Origin: a virus
DNA length: 64,000 nt
Virus record (IMG/VR): IMGVR_UViG_3300017917_001573
Span: 30,972-94,971 of that record
Direction: 5' to 3' (one strand)
Positions 48,393-58,586 of the stretch are shown piece after piece. How positions within the stretch are numbered: position 1 is the first letter of the stretch; each line of letters begins with the position of its first letter. A program made the position numbers and the translations under genes. The notes beneath the pieces are model-generated. The model made no database searches. It was given only the letters and a program-made list of their open reading frames with translations, and was not told the origin of the DNA.

Positions 48393-49628
48393 CTAAGATA
48401 CAACATTTTTCTTGTTTTTCAAATTGTTATATGCATCCAATACTGTTACATCTGTTCTTATAAATGCATCTAATTCAATCTTTTGTGCTTCATTGTCTAA
48501 GATTTTTTCTCCATTATCTAATGCTTTAGGTAATTCTTTAAATCTAAGATTTGCACCATCGAATAGATAACACTTAGTTACTGCAACAGAACCATATCTA
48601 TTTTTAACAATTTCAATTTCTCTAAAGTTGTTACCTAACAATTTAAGATTATATCCTTTGTATGAGTCAACGTGATGTCTATGTGGATCAAACAATGTTA
48701 ACGCACTCAAACAATCTCGTTGTGTAGTTTTACAATCTGCAAGATTACTCAAACTAGGTTTTACTTTGTTAATGTTTGCACTATTATCTGATGTACTATA
48801 CTGCATTCTTTCTTCTGCTTGAGCTTGTTGTTGTACTGCAATTACAGAAAAATTAAACAACTTAGAATAGGTTAAACGACACTTATCAAATGAGAAATTT
48901 TCCATTGTGAGACGTTTATCATATCCAAATTGCTTTTCTGGAGTAAGTAATGAAATATGATCAAATACTAACATTGTATGTAGTGTAGGATCATGTTGTT
49001 CATATCTTTCTCTTTTCTTAATAATTTCTGTAACAGGATTTCCTGTTGCATCTAAAACGGGATTTCCATTCTTATCAGACTTAACTATCTCAATATCAGA
49101 AGTTATAATTGTACCATGTTCAAGTGCATACTTCTCAATTTCCTTGTGTACTCCATAAGGATTTGTGATTTGATCATACATTTCAACATTTTCCAACATA
49201 GCATCTACAATACGTTCATTAGATTCTAATACAGCAATCATTTCATCTGTAATAGGTTTATCATCTACTACATTCAACAGTGTAAACATATCTAAGCGTA
49301 ATTGATGCTTCATATATGTTACATACAATTGAAATGAATCATAAAACTGTTGTTTAGTTTCTTCAAATCCAAACCACAATATTTTGTAATTATAGGATGG
49401 ATTTATTTTCTTGTATATGAAAGCATTGATGATTGTCATAAACTTAGTAATCTGAGTTTTACCTACACCAGAAAATGTAGTAATCAACAAATATTCACCT
49501 CTTACAATTGCAGGATAATATTTAGACAAATCTGGCATAATATGTTTTAATGGTAAACCATTTACAATACCAGAATCTCTATCTTTCTTACGTTGTTTGT
49601 ATACATCTTTGTATGCACTACTGTTCAT
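48393..49628 (-). CDS. DnaB-like replicative helicase
   Basis: SGVGKT, FEE, VFDHISL, VQQQ, KNRYG. Confidence 0.85.
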   Translation of the reverse strand: MNSSAYKDVYKQRKKDRDSGIVNGLPLKHIMPDLSKYYPAIVRGEYLLITTFSGVGKTQITKFMTIINAFIYKKINPSYNYKILWFGFEETKQQFYDSFQLYVTYMKHQLRLDMFTLLNVVDDKPITDEMIAVLESNERIVDAMLENVEMYDQITNPYGVHKEIEKYALEHGTIITSDIEIVKSDKNGNPVLDATGNPVTEIIKKRERYEQHDPTLHTMLVFDHISLLTPEKQFGYDKRLTMENFSFDKCRLTYSKLFNFSVIAVQQQAQAEERMQYSTSDNSANINKVKPSLSNLADCKTTQRDCLSALTLFDPHRHHVDSYKGYNLKLLGNNFREIEIVKNRYGSVAVTKCYLFDGANLRFKELPKALDNGEKILDNEAQKIELDAFIRTDVTVLDAYNNLKNKKNVVS

Positions 49629-50131
49629 AGATCTAAACTTCTCCTATCTTCATACGGTACTTCTTTTTCTTGATACTGCAATTCTTCTTCATAACAAAAC
49701 AACCATACATTTTCATCTAAGTATTTTGTTAGAGTTACTGGAAATGCGGTATGTTTGTAGTATTTGTAAGTTGCCTTACAGAATACTTCAAAATCAATTG
49801 GATTTCCACTAGAATCAGTTTCTTGAGATAAGATATTAGATAGACGTTTTTCATTTTCTTTAGTAGCCTTGAATACAGCATAAGAACCTGAATTATTTTT
49901 TGCAGTAGATGCTACACCATTTTCTTTAAGGTATTTAATTAGACCTTTCAATAAATTGATTTCTCCAGAACCAAATTGATTTTTGATTTGTTGAATTCTG
50001 TCTAATTTCAAATCTCTCAAATACTTATTAGATAGTGCAATATGATTGGTTGTAACCAACACATAATTGTTAGATACTAAAAAATCATGAACTTGTTCCA
50101 GTGTTAATGATGTTGGTGTAATGTCCGACAT
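49625..50131 (-). CDS. Hypothetical protein (possible helicase-associated factor)
   Basis: 168 aa between the two helicases, overlapping both. Confidence 0.6.
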   Translation of the reverse strand: MSDITPTSLTLEQVHDFLVSNNYVLVTTNHIALSNKYLRDLKLDRIQQIKNQFGSGEINLLKGLIKYLKENGVASTAKNNSGSYAVFKATKENEKRLSNILSQETDSSGNPIDFEVFCKATYKYYKHTAFPVTLTKYLDENVWLFCYEEELQYQEKEVPYEDRRSLDL

Positions 50132-51350
50132 AATAAATATATTTTGGGTTAATATCTTCTAAAGCTGTGTTTACATACTCATCGTCTTTTGTACCAACAC
50201 ATCTAAATACATATAGTACAGGTAGTGTACTTCTAAGAACTCTACCCAATATTTGATTTAGTGATACAGAAGAATTGTCTACTTGTACAAAAACACCTAC
50301 TTGAATGTCTTCCAGATTAACACCTGATTTAAACATTCCTTTAGCAAAAATATGATTTAGTTTTTTTGAATTGTAATCTGTTATAACTTTTTTAGGAACA
50401 ACATTTGTTTTTGAATGAATTACAATTCCATCTGAAACATTATTACCTATCTCATCAGCTTGTTCAATAGAATTACAAAACCAAATGGTTCTATAATTTT
50501 TATTTTGTTCTAACAGATCTAATGCAACAGGTAATTTAATTTTACCTAAGAATGTTTTTCTTTGACCAGCTTTTCTTTGCCATTGAATTTGTGCATACTG
50601 AGCTTTAATTGCAAAAGATTGCTTCTTAGCAAAATCTACTTCATTACTCAATATTTCATAATATTCCTTTTCTGTACAAGAAATGTTTAGAGTATAGAAC
50701 TTTTGAGATTTCAATAGTTTTAGTTTTTCAAACATTTCTTTGTATGTACAATCTATTGTTGGACCTTTTACAGCTTGTTTACCACCTTTTATTTTAGTAT
50801 ATACATACTGTTTGTCTTTTGACAAAGGTATGTCTACTACAAAGATTTTAGGTTCTGGTAAAATGTTATTATCAATAGCATCAGATGTGCTGAACTTAAT
50901 CCAGTTTACATCTTGTTTAAGTAGTCTATGTCTCTTATACAATTCTTTTTTTACATAATCTGGAATTGTTCCAGACAAGTAAATTATCTTTTTTGTTTTA
51001 GCTAATATCTGTTCTAATTGAATAGATGTACTTGGTCCAAAACAGTTAATATGAATTTCGTCCATAATAACCCAATCATAAGATTCAGAAATATGTTTGT
51101 TTGCAGATGCATAACAATCCATTGCATAGTCTAATTGAATATTATGTTTTTTCATTTCTAATTCCCATGAAACTTTGTGAGATGTTTCAGCTACTAAGAT
51201 TAAACCTTTAGAATCTTTGTATACACTATTTACAATAGCATTCAAAGAACAAAGCGTTTTACCTGTACCTGTACCATACTCCAAAACCGTTACATCATTT
51301 TTATTTACAGATTCGGAAGCCCACTGTTTTAAATCTTCTCTTGTTGTCAT
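50085..51350 (-). CDS. Superfamily-2 helicase
   Basis: GTGTGKT, MDEIH, LSGT, SGVNL, QILGRVLR. Confidence 0.9.
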   Translation of the reverse strand: MTTREDLKQWASESVNKNDVTVLEYGTGTGKTLCSLNAIVNSVYKDSKGLILVAETSHKVSWELEMKKHNIQLDYAMDCYASANKHISESYDWVIMDEIHINCFGPSTSIQLEQILAKTKKIIYLSGTIPDYVKKELYKRHRLLKQDVNWIKFSTSDAIDNNILPEPKIFVVDIPLSKDKQYVYTKIKGGKQAVKGPTIDCTYKEMFEKLKLLKSQKFYTLNISCTEKEYYEILSNEVDFAKKQSFAIKAQYAQIQWQRKAGQRKTFLGKIKLPVALDLLEQNKNYRTIWFCNSIEQADEIGNNVSDGIVIHSKTNVVPKKVITDYNSKKLNHIFAKGMFKSGVNLEDIQVGVFVQVDNSSVSLNQILGRVLRSTLPVLYVFRCVGTKDDEYVNTALEDINPKYIYYVGHYTNIINTGTSS

Positions 51351-51351
51351 T

Positions 51352-51768
51352 TCATAATTTCATTATTGAAATATGCTTACTTAAAAAATTAATCACATCA
51401 TCACTTTGTGGATTGTCATACTTTTCAATATAGAACACTTGTTGTATACCACATTGTAAAATCATCTTTGCACAATCCATACAAGGAGATAATGTACAAA
51501 ACATAATAGCACCATCAGAAGATTGTGTAGATCTACACAATTTAGTTAGTGCATTTGTTTCAGCATGAAGTACACTAGATTTAGTTTTACTATCACACTC
51601 ACATACATTAGCTTCTCCTGATACAGTACCATTGTACCCAAATGCTAATATGTTTTGTCCACTACTATCTACTATAACACAACCTACTTTTGCTCGTATA
51701 CAATACGATTCTTGAGCAATACGCAATGTTAAATCTTTGTATAACAGTCGTTTTTTTAATGTCAACAT
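51352..51768 (-). CDS. dCMP deaminase
   Basis: KVGC, GYNG, HAETNA, SPCMDC. Confidence 0.95.
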   Translation of the reverse strand: MLTLKKRLLYKDLTLRIAQESYCIRAKVGCVIVDSSGQNILAFGYNGTVSGEANVCECDSKTKSSVLHAETNALTKLCRSTQSSDGAIMFCTLSPCMDCAKMILQCGIQQVFYIEKYDNPQSDDVINFLSKHISIMKL

Positions 51769-53891
51769 ATTTCAAACGGTTTAATTGCTTGTACAATACT
51801 TTTAGCATCTTCTATATAATACTCATAGTTGATGTTGTATTCTGTCATAGGTTTTTCAAAATAATCATTGAACAATACTACAGATTGATCAGCACAATGT
51901 GAGTTTTGTTCCATCACTACTTCTCCAATCTTAGGTAATGTATCTAGTTTCTTTTTCAATTTAGTATCATCAGATACAGATTTAGTTTTTTTGTCTAACC
52001 ATTCTTGGTCTACTGTAATAAATCTTCTCTTAACAAGATGTGTTCCTTTATATGTATTGTCTGAGATATGCTCATAGTTAGATACAAAGAAACGTACTGA
52101 TGCTTGTTGAACTTGTTCACTAATTACATTTACTTGTGATTTAGGTGTCTTGTATTGTTTCCCTGTTTTTGGAGAATGTGTCAATATGGTTTTTTCCACC
52201 TCTTGTATATAATTGGTGTATGAATCATCAATTTTAATTGCTGTACAAAAATCATATATGTCTAAATGATTCTTAACAGTATCTTCAATAGGTGTACCAT
52301 ACAACAAATAGTTTTGTACTGCAATAGCTGAAATAGGTTTATTAAAACCTTTTAGAATACCATTTTGTGGAACAAATGCTTCACCTTTAACTTTTACTCT
52401 TTTTTCAATAGGTTTGTCACCAGCTTTAATCAACAAGTAATTGTTTACATCTTTGTAATATACTTGTTCAATTTCCATTAACTCATAACTAATCCCTGTG
52501 TATACAGAAAACTGTTTTACTATTTCCATGTAGATATTTTTTCTGTCAATTGGTACAATTGCAGAAATACCATCTGTATTTGAGTAAAAAACAGTAAATC
52601 CATTTAATTCAAGTGTTTCAATTAACATCAATAAATACAATTGACCGTTGATTGTAACTTTGAGTTGAGCAAGCTTATCTTTTAAGAAGTATGTAAGAGA
52701 ATCCAATAAACCATAAATAGTGTTTGCTGAAATTTTTAATCCAGCAGCTTTAATAGTAGCTTCTCGTATTTGTTGTTGTGTGTATGTATCATCTTTTGAT
52801 TCTACAATAGATTTTGCTAAAAGTCTATCTTCCACAATTAACTTTACCACTTTGAGAAATTCTTCTTTGTCCAAGTGTTCTGGACAAATACCCAATGTGA
52901 TCAATAACAAAGGATAAAATGAACCAAAGTCAAAATCCCATAATTCATGTGTTTCAGTTTTTTTGAATGATGTATTCTTCAAAGCACCATGAATACCACC
53001 TGCTGCAATTGTGTGTACACAAATATCAGATTGAAAGTTTCTACCAAATCCTTTTGTAACTTCATCATAAAATTCAGTACGTAGTAAATCTTGTAAAAAC
53101 AAGTTATACTTTTCTGTCTTGAATTTAATTTTGTCTGATACTACATCAACCATTTTAATATGTGGTCGCATAGTAAGACGTTTATTAGGTTTGTTTGGAT
53201 AATAACTGTCAAAGATTACTTTTGCAATAGTAGAATCTGCTGCACTAATCAAATTAACATTGTATACAGATTCTAAGTCTTGTCTTAGTTTAATTCTTTC
53301 TTGTACTGCAACAAATATTTTTTTGGGTATTTCAACGTCATTTTTGTTGTACTCAATTACTTTATCAATGTTCTCTTCTAATACATTTTCATAGTGTTTA
53401 TAGGGTAAATCTTGTAATTTAGGATGTTTTAGATTTACACCTACTAACTTTAATCCTTTAACACTATAACCTTCTCTAATTACTTCCAATAAATCAATAG
53501 ATTTAAACGGTACAGAATATTTGTATTTGAATAAACTCGCTTTTCTTTCATATGTTATTTGAGAAAAATCTTTGTTTTTTCTTTTTCCAAATTCAATTAT
53601 AAATTGAGCAAATTCATACAAAATTTTAGATATTTCTAATCCGTTGTATTCTACAAAATATTGTTCATTTTGTAGAATGAAATTTAGAATAACATCATCA
53701 AATGCAGCATTGTTATACCCTACAAAATATGTCTGTTGTTTTATAGTTTTTCCCAAATATTGTAGTATACTACGAATATCATTTTTTCTTGAAGATATTT
53801 CAAATATAGTCCAAGATTGATTTTGTAGTATACTACATGTGAAGCAATTAGGAAACGTTTCTATGTCGTAAAACAACACATCTAACGTCAT
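51762..53891 (-). CDS. Family B DNA polymerase with 3'-5' exonuclease
   Basis: YDIET, GYNN..FD, YNKND; DFGSFYP, KISANTIYG, SNTDG. Confidence 0.92.
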   Translation of the reverse strand: MTLDVLFYDIETFPNCFTCSILQNQSWTIFEISSRKNDIRSILQYLGKTIKQQTYFVGYNNAAFDDVILNFILQNEQYFVEYNGLEISKILYEFAQFIIEFGKRKNKDFSQITYERKASLFKYKYSVPFKSIDLLEVIREGYSVKGLKLVGVNLKHPKLQDLPYKHYENVLEENIDKVIEYNKNDVEIPKKIFVAVQERIKLRQDLESVYNVNLISAADSTIAKVIFDSYYPNKPNKRLTMRPHIKMVDVVSDKIKFKTEKYNLFLQDLLRTEFYDEVTKGFGRNFQSDICVHTIAAGGIHGALKNTSFKKTETHELWDFDFGSFYPLLLITLGICPEHLDKEEFLKVVKLIVEDRLLAKSIVESKDDTYTQQQIREATIKAAGLKISANTIYGLLDSLTYFLKDKLAQLKVTINGQLYLLMLIETLELNGFTVFYSNTDGISAIVPIDRKNIYMEIVKQFSVYTGISYELMEIEQVYYKDVNNYLLIKAGDKPIEKRVKVKGEAFVPQNGILKGFNKPISAIAVQNYLLYGTPIEDTVKNHLDIYDFCTAIKIDDSYTNYIQEVEKTILTHSPKTGKQYKTPKSQVNVISEQVQQASVRFFVSNYEHISDNTYKGTHLVKRRFITVDQEWLDKKTKSVSDDTKLKKKLDTLPKIGEVVMEQNSHCADQSVVLFNDYFEKPMTEYNINYEYYIEDAKSIVQAIKPFEIC

Positions 53892-54430
53892 AGTTTAAGA
53901 TCTGAATTATAGTTAGTGTTGATTACATCATAATAATCTGAAAAGTCACCAGGACGTATTACAAATGTCACATCTACATCATAAATATTCAATAGTGATT
54001 CTGCTAAAAACAAAATCATAACTGGATTAATTCCACCGATTCCACAACCAATCATAGGTAAACCAATTTTTAGATTTGTATTTCTCAGTTTATTTTTTTC
54101 TGACACGTACCAAAAAAGTTTTTTTAAAGCTAAAAAAACAAAATCTATATCTGCATTTTTTCCAGTATTGTATTGTGTGTACATATTTGCAACATAAATA
54201 CGTTTATTATTTGCATTTATTCTAGGTAATACTTCAATTGTACCAGCTTTATTTAAATCACCTCTGTATGATAATTGTTCAAGTTTACTATCTAATGTAT
54301 TGTATTTTTCTTTCATCAATTTAGCAATACCTGCATCTTGCATACAAAAACAATTACAACCATGTCCAATTACATCAAAATCACCTTGATCTACTAATTC
54401 AAATAGATCACCATTTATAATTTTCATCAT
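53888..54430 (-). CDS. Macro-domain ADP-ribose hydrolase (T4 Tk.4-like)
   Basis: INGDLF, HGCNCF..M.AGIA, NMYTQ, PMIGCGIGG. Confidence 0.9.
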   Translation of the reverse strand: MMKIINGDLFELVDQGDFDVIGHGCNCFCMQDAGIAKLMKEKYNTLDSKLEQLSYRGDLNKAGTIEVLPRINANNKRIYVANMYTQYNTGKNADIDFVFLALKKLFWYVSEKNKLRNTNLKIGLPMIGCGIGGINPVMILFLAESLLNIYDVDVTFVIRPGDFSDYYDVINTNYNSDLKL

Positions 54431-54436
54431 TTTAAT

Positions 54437-54628
54437 TTATTCTTCTGCTTCTATTACTGTTAATCCTAACTCTCTTGCTGCATAATTTATATGCTTACTT
54501 GTAGTAACACTCCAATAACCAAGTTTTACTAAATAAGGAGTGTCAATTTTTGCTACTCTTGTTTTATAAGAGTATACCCACTCTGTATCATAGGATAGGT
54601 TTGTTTTATATTTTTGAAATTTTTTCAT
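54437..54628 (-). CDS. Conserved small phage protein
   Basis: YSYKTRVA..YWSVTTSKHIN. Confidence 0.65.
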   Translation of the reverse strand: MKKFQKYKTNLSYDTEWVYSYKTRVAKIDTPYLVKLGYWSVTTSKHINYAARELGLTVIEAEE

Positions 54629-55263
54629 AAACCAAAAGCTTTAATGGTATGTTGGAAAGGATTACCTTCAATATTTTTAACTAAGTCTAACATTTGTTGT
54701 GCAAGTTCTCTAGTTTCAGCTTGAGTATCTGGTTTTAGACGAAGATCAAATAAATGTAAAAAAGCTAATAAACTACCAGTCCAAATAAATGTTGTATTAA
54801 GGTTAAGTGGTAATATAGTTCTTGCTTGTTCTTTAGATACTCCTAATTCAAGAAGTTTTTTATAAGCTGTTGTGCATACATCGTGTACTTGATTTTGTAT
54901 AAAATTAGCGTCTTCTTGATTTTCAATTAACCCTTCACTACCTTGCTTACTATTAGTAGATTGTTTTCTCCACTCTTTAATAGTAGTATAACTATCACTA
55001 AAATCCACATATCTACCACTAATACTGTTAGCACTTAATCCAACTTGATGTTTAAAAAGCTGTCTTTCAACATAAATCGGACAAGTGATTCTAAATTGTA
55101 ATTGAGGATGTCTAAATGGAGCAATATGTTTGTGTTTTACCAAATATTTAATTAATCTTTCATCGTTGTCATCAAATACAATTTTACTTTTACCATAAGA
55201 TACTCTTGCAGCATTAACAACCATTAAATCATCACCAAAGTGTGATAATAATTCTACGTTCAT
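54625..55263 (-). CDS. thyX: Flavin-dependent thymidylate synthase
   Basis: VNAARVSY, H.APF.H, RQLFKHQ....SISGRY, KEQAR..LP, LR....Q.E.R. Confidence 0.95.
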   Translation of the reverse strand: MNVELLSHFGDDLMVVNAARVSYGKSKIVFDDNDERLIKYLVKHKHIAPFRHPQLQFRITCPIYVERQLFKHQVGLSANSISGRYVDFSDSYTTIKEWRKQSTNSKQGSEGLIENQEDANFIQNQVHDVCTTAYKKLLELGVSKEQARTILPLNLNTTFIWTGSLLAFLHLFDLRLKPDTQAETRELAQQMLDLVKNIEGNPFQHTIKAFGL

Positions 55264-55757
55264 AAATAATATTTTTTTAAAGTATGATTAAACTTTATAA
55301 TTCCTTTTTGATATAATTCAAATGCTATTTTTTCAAGTGAATCATGTATTAATCGATGTTCCGATAAATTCTTACATAAAATCAAATTTGAAATATCATT
55401 ATTTTGTTTATCTCCATCAATATGATGAATTTGTTCTCCTGCACCACCTTTTACTGTTTTTAATTTTCTACCTATGTATTCTTCGTATATTAATATGTGT
55501 TTTCTTTTATACACTTGTCTACCTGATTTTAAAAACAAACCAGGTATTTTAACCATTATATACCCATCGGAACTAACATATTCTCCACCTTTCCATCTTT
55601 TACTATTGTTTTCTGAAAATTGAGGACGTTTAATATTTTTTTGAACACTTTTAGAATAGCAATCTTTACAGTAATCCGTCTTTTTTCTTTTTGTTGATTG
55701 TTTTGAAATAGTGTAATGTTTTTTACAACATTTACATACTACTTGTACTTTATCCAT
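55260..55757 (-). CDS. Free-standing HNH homing endonuclease
   Basis: N-terminal CKCC..CKDC, WKGG, HHIDGDKQNNDISNL....EH...H. Confidence 0.85.
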   Translation of the reverse strand: MDKVQVVCKCCKKHYTISKQSTKRKKTDYCKDCYSKSVQKNIKRPQFSENNSKRWKGGEYVSSDGYIMVKIPGLFLKSGRQVYKRKHILIYEEYIGRKLKTVKGGAGEQIHHIDGDKQNNDISNLILCKNLSEHRLIHDSLEKIAFELYQKGIIKFNHTLKKYYL

Positions 55758-55782
55758 ATACTTTATTGTTTTAATGTATATG

Positions 55783-55790
55783 CAAAGATA
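55783..55790 (-). promoter_or_regulatory. Bacteroidota -7 promoter box upstream of the HNH gene
   Basis: TATCTTTG(CA) on the minus strand, intergenic, 25 bp before ATG 55757. Confidence 0.6.
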
Positions 55791-55820
55791 CTTTAAAACT
55801 CAAATAATTCTACTGTATTT

Positions 55821-56141
55821 TTATTCATTGTCTTCTATTTTTACCAATTTTAAACCTATTCGTTCAAGTCTATCTTCTAATTTTAGAAAATTTGTATGTA
55901 GTTCATCTATTTTTTGACCTCCATAAGGTGTTACCCAAATTACATTTTTTGGACAAGTATGATCAATGTATTTAATACAAATTTCATTTTTTGAATTTAA
56001 AGCAAAACGTGAAAAGAAAAACGGTCTATTATTATGCATACAATATGTATTCAAATAATCTTTATATTTTTCATTCAATTTATCAACTTCTTTTTGTAGT
56101 TGATCTTTAGTTTTTTTATAACTATTAAATAACCACCACAT
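55821..56141 (-). CDS. Hypothetical protein
   Basis: 106 aa with a ttaaattATG leader. Confidence 0.65.
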   Translation of the reverse strand: MWWLFNSYKKTKDQLQKEVDKLNEKYKDYLNTYCMHNNRPFFFSRFALNSKNEICIKYIDHTCPKNVIWVTPYGGQKIDELHTNFLKLEDRLERIGLKLVKIEDNE

Positions 56142-56166
56142 AATTTAATTTTTTTTTAAAAAATGT

Positions 56167-57264
56167 TTATTCATAATCTTCTCTTTTAAAAGCAATTACA
56201 TAAGGAAATCTTAATCTACCAGCTGGTGTATAACCAAAAAATTTAATAGTACAAGATTTACCAATATAATCTTCTTTATTGTTCCAAATATCAGTAAGTG
56301 TTTTAAAATCAGCTTTTACATTACTTTCACAAGTCAATTTTTCATTAATTTTAACAACAACTTTACCAACAGTACCCGATCTATTACCAGTACCTTCAAT
56401 TACGTCTATAATTGTAAACTCAGAATCCATCCAGTTTTTATATTTCATTAACTGATATGTTCGTGTTTGTTCATAATTTTTAGATGATTCTCTAATAATA
56501 GTACCTTCATAACCTTGTTCTAAAAATCTATCGTGCATTCTTTTGATGTCTTCAACATCCGTAACTAAAAATGTAGGTACTAATACACAATTTTTAACAT
56601 CATGTGATTGAAAATATTCATACAAATAATTAAATCTTTCTTCAAAAGACCCTTCAATATCAGGACAATCATAAACATGATATTGAATAGTATTTTCAAT
56701 TTCATATTTTTCTTCAGAACTAAATGTTTTTTTCTTAACTAAAGATACAATTTTATTAAAATCGTCTTTTAAATCATGATTATAAAGCTCACCATCAAAC
56801 ATTACTTCAGGTTCATGAATATGATCTGTTACATAAAAAGGTTTACCATTTCTAGAATATGATGTTTGATTTTTACGAATACATCTAATACCATCTAGTT
56901 TAGGTTGTACATAGTATTTTTTATTAGACCAGTCTAATCGTTTTTCATCAAACTCTTGAGCTAACATTGGTGAAAAAGAAACATCAATATTTTCAGGGTC
57001 TAAACTATAACCTTCATCTAATTTTTTTTGAAAAATAGAGTTTACTGTTTTTAGTAGTTGTTCTTCTAATGTAGTTTCATTTGCTTTACCTATATTTTTA
57101 GGTTTCACAAAAGTAGGTTTTGTAGTTACAAGTTTGGTTTGACCATACTCATACCAATAAGAACCCTTATCTACATCATAAAAACAAACCCACTTTATCA
57201 ATTGATCTTTAGTTGATCTTTTGTATAAAGTGGGTAATGTTTTAATACTTATACTCATTCCCAA
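56167..57264 (-). CDS. ATP-dependent DNA ligase
   Basis: PMLA, QPKLDGIRC, FDGELY, GYEGTIIR, LRFP. Confidence 0.95.
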   Translation of the reverse strand: MGMSISIKTLPTLYKRSTKDQLIKWVCFYDVDKGSYWYEYGQTKLVTTKPTFVKPKNIGKANETTLEEQLLKTVNSIFQKKLDEGYSLDPENIDVSFSPMLAQEFDEKRLDWSNKKYYVQPKLDGIRCIRKNQTSYSRNGKPFYVTDHIHEPEVMFDGELYNHDLKDDFNKIVSLVKKKTFSSEEKYEIENTIQYHVYDCPDIEGSFEERFNYLYEYFQSHDVKNCVLVPTFLVTDVEDIKRMHDRFLEQGYEGTIIRESSKNYEQTRTYQLMKYKNWMDSEFTIIDVIEGTGNRSGTVGKVVVKINEKLTCESNVKADFKTLTDIWNNKEDYIGKSCTIKFFGYTPAGRLRFPYVIAFKREDYE

Positions 57265-57581
57265 GAAATAAATATTTTATAACCAGCTGGAAGAATATTT
57301 TCTACAGGAGCTCTTTCACAATGAGCATTCACATGATAACCAAGTTCTGAAAGTTTATCTGTAGGAACATTAATATTCTCAGCTAAATCTTCAGTCAAAC
57401 CATTTGAACTAGAAATATAATATGTAGTTTCTGTTCTATTTTTGTTGATAGGTCTAGAAATAATATCTAGAAGATGCTCATTGATTTTAACAAGAATTTC
57501 ATCAGCATTCAATTTAGCTTTCTCAATTGATTCATTTAAAAGAGTTTCTTGTTTTTGTCTAAGTTCTAGTGCACTAATCAT
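57255..57581 (-). CDS. Hypothetical protein
   Basis: 108 aa with a ttaaattATG leader. Confidence 0.65.
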   Translation of the reverse strand: MISALELRQKQETLLNESIEKAKLNADEILVKINEHLLDIISRPINKNRTETTYYISSSNGLTEDLAENINVPTDKLSELGYHVNAHCERAPVENILPAGYKIFISWE

Positions 57582-57597
57582 AATTTAAATTTAATTT

Positions 57598-58044
57598 TTA
57601 ACTAAATAAAGATTCTAACCAATCATTTAACACACTAGATGATTCATTAATTAAATGTGTGCATTGTTGTATAGGAGTATCTATATGATATTTCACATAT
57701 CCTCCAAAACTATTTTTGTTAGCACCCACTCTTAAATCCAAACCGTATTTAGTAGATGTATTTTTTAATGTTTTGTTTCCCGTATATCGAATCCAGAAAT
57801 GTCCACCACCAGATTTAGTTTTGTAATTAAACGTATTGTTTATTTCAAAAAGAACTGAATGTGGGATATTTAAGAATCCATTTTTACCGTTTTTATTGTC
57901 TACATCTAATATAACAATATTTTCAGATGGACATACTGCTAAAGCATATCCTTCTGGTATATCACCTTTAAAAAATGTATTGTCTGGTAACAATGACCAT
58001 TTAATCAAAGGTTTATTGTCTGGTTTAAGTAGAAATGATTTCAT
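57598..58044 (-). CDS. Stand-alone prim-pol (AEP-superfamily) catalytic domain
   Basis: KPLIKW, VILDVDNKNG, TKSGGGHFW, LDLR...GGYV. Confidence 0.8.
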   Translation of the reverse strand: MKSFLLKPDNKPLIKWSLLPDNTFFKGDIPEGYALAVCPSENIVILDVDNKNGKNGFLNIPHSVLFEINNTFNYKTKSGGGHFWIRYTGNKTLKNTSTKYGLDLRVGANKNSFGGYVKYHIDTPIQQCTHLINESSSVLNDWLESLFS

Positions 58045-58391
58045 TAGAAAATATATGTTCTTTTTGCTCCATCACATCTCCACCAATTACCATACTGATG
58101 GTCATATGTATAATCTAATACTTTATGCACTTCTTCTTCAAGTCCAGGTGTCCAAATAGATCTGTCATATACTTGTACAAAAGCATTCCAAAAAATACTT
58201 TTTACTTCATCATATGTTAAGTATTCCATGAATTCTACTTCATAAGAAAACATATTCAAATAATCTAAATATCCGCATGCAATAACAGCATCTGAATTTC
58301 TTCTACCTTCCGTAAATTCAAGATTATTTGCTTTAAAAAATGTAGCTAATTTTTCTGTAATTTCTTTTACAGCTTCTTCTTTTGTTCTCAT
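58044..58391 (-). CDS. Possible PriCT-like helical protein
   Basis: FTEGRRNS (GxRN-like); translationally coupled to the prim-pol gene. Confidence 0.4.
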   Translation of the reverse strand: MRTKEEAVKEITEKLATFFKANNLEFTEGRRNSDAVIACGYLDYLNMFSYEVEFMEYLTYDEVKSIFWNAFVQVYDRSIWTPGLEEEVHKVLDYTYDHQYGNWWRCDGAKRTYIF

Positions 58392-58392
58392 A

Positions 58393-58584
58393 TTATAGAT
58401 CGTTATAAGGGTTAGACTCTTTCCATTCTTCCAAGAATTCTTCTAGTTCAGATTTACCTAAACCTAGTTCTTCAAAAGAATCTTTTCTATAAATTCTTGC
58501 CCAAGTCTCTTTATTATTTGGTAAATCTAAAGAAGATTTACTTGGATTTTGTAGTGCATTTAATAAATCATCAATTGTTGCCAT
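58393..58584 (-). CDS. Hypothetical protein
   Basis: 63 aa, acidic, tiles the operon. Confidence 0.65.
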   Translation of the reverse strand: MATIDDLLNALQNPSKSSLDLPNNKETWARIYRKDSFEELGLGKSELEEFLEEWKESNPYNDL

Positions 58585-58586
58585 AC

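Noticed and set aside
37563-55263. Uracil-substituted or hypermodified genome
   Set aside because: The phage encodes its own UDG and ThyX, and no base-modification enzymes were recognised in this window
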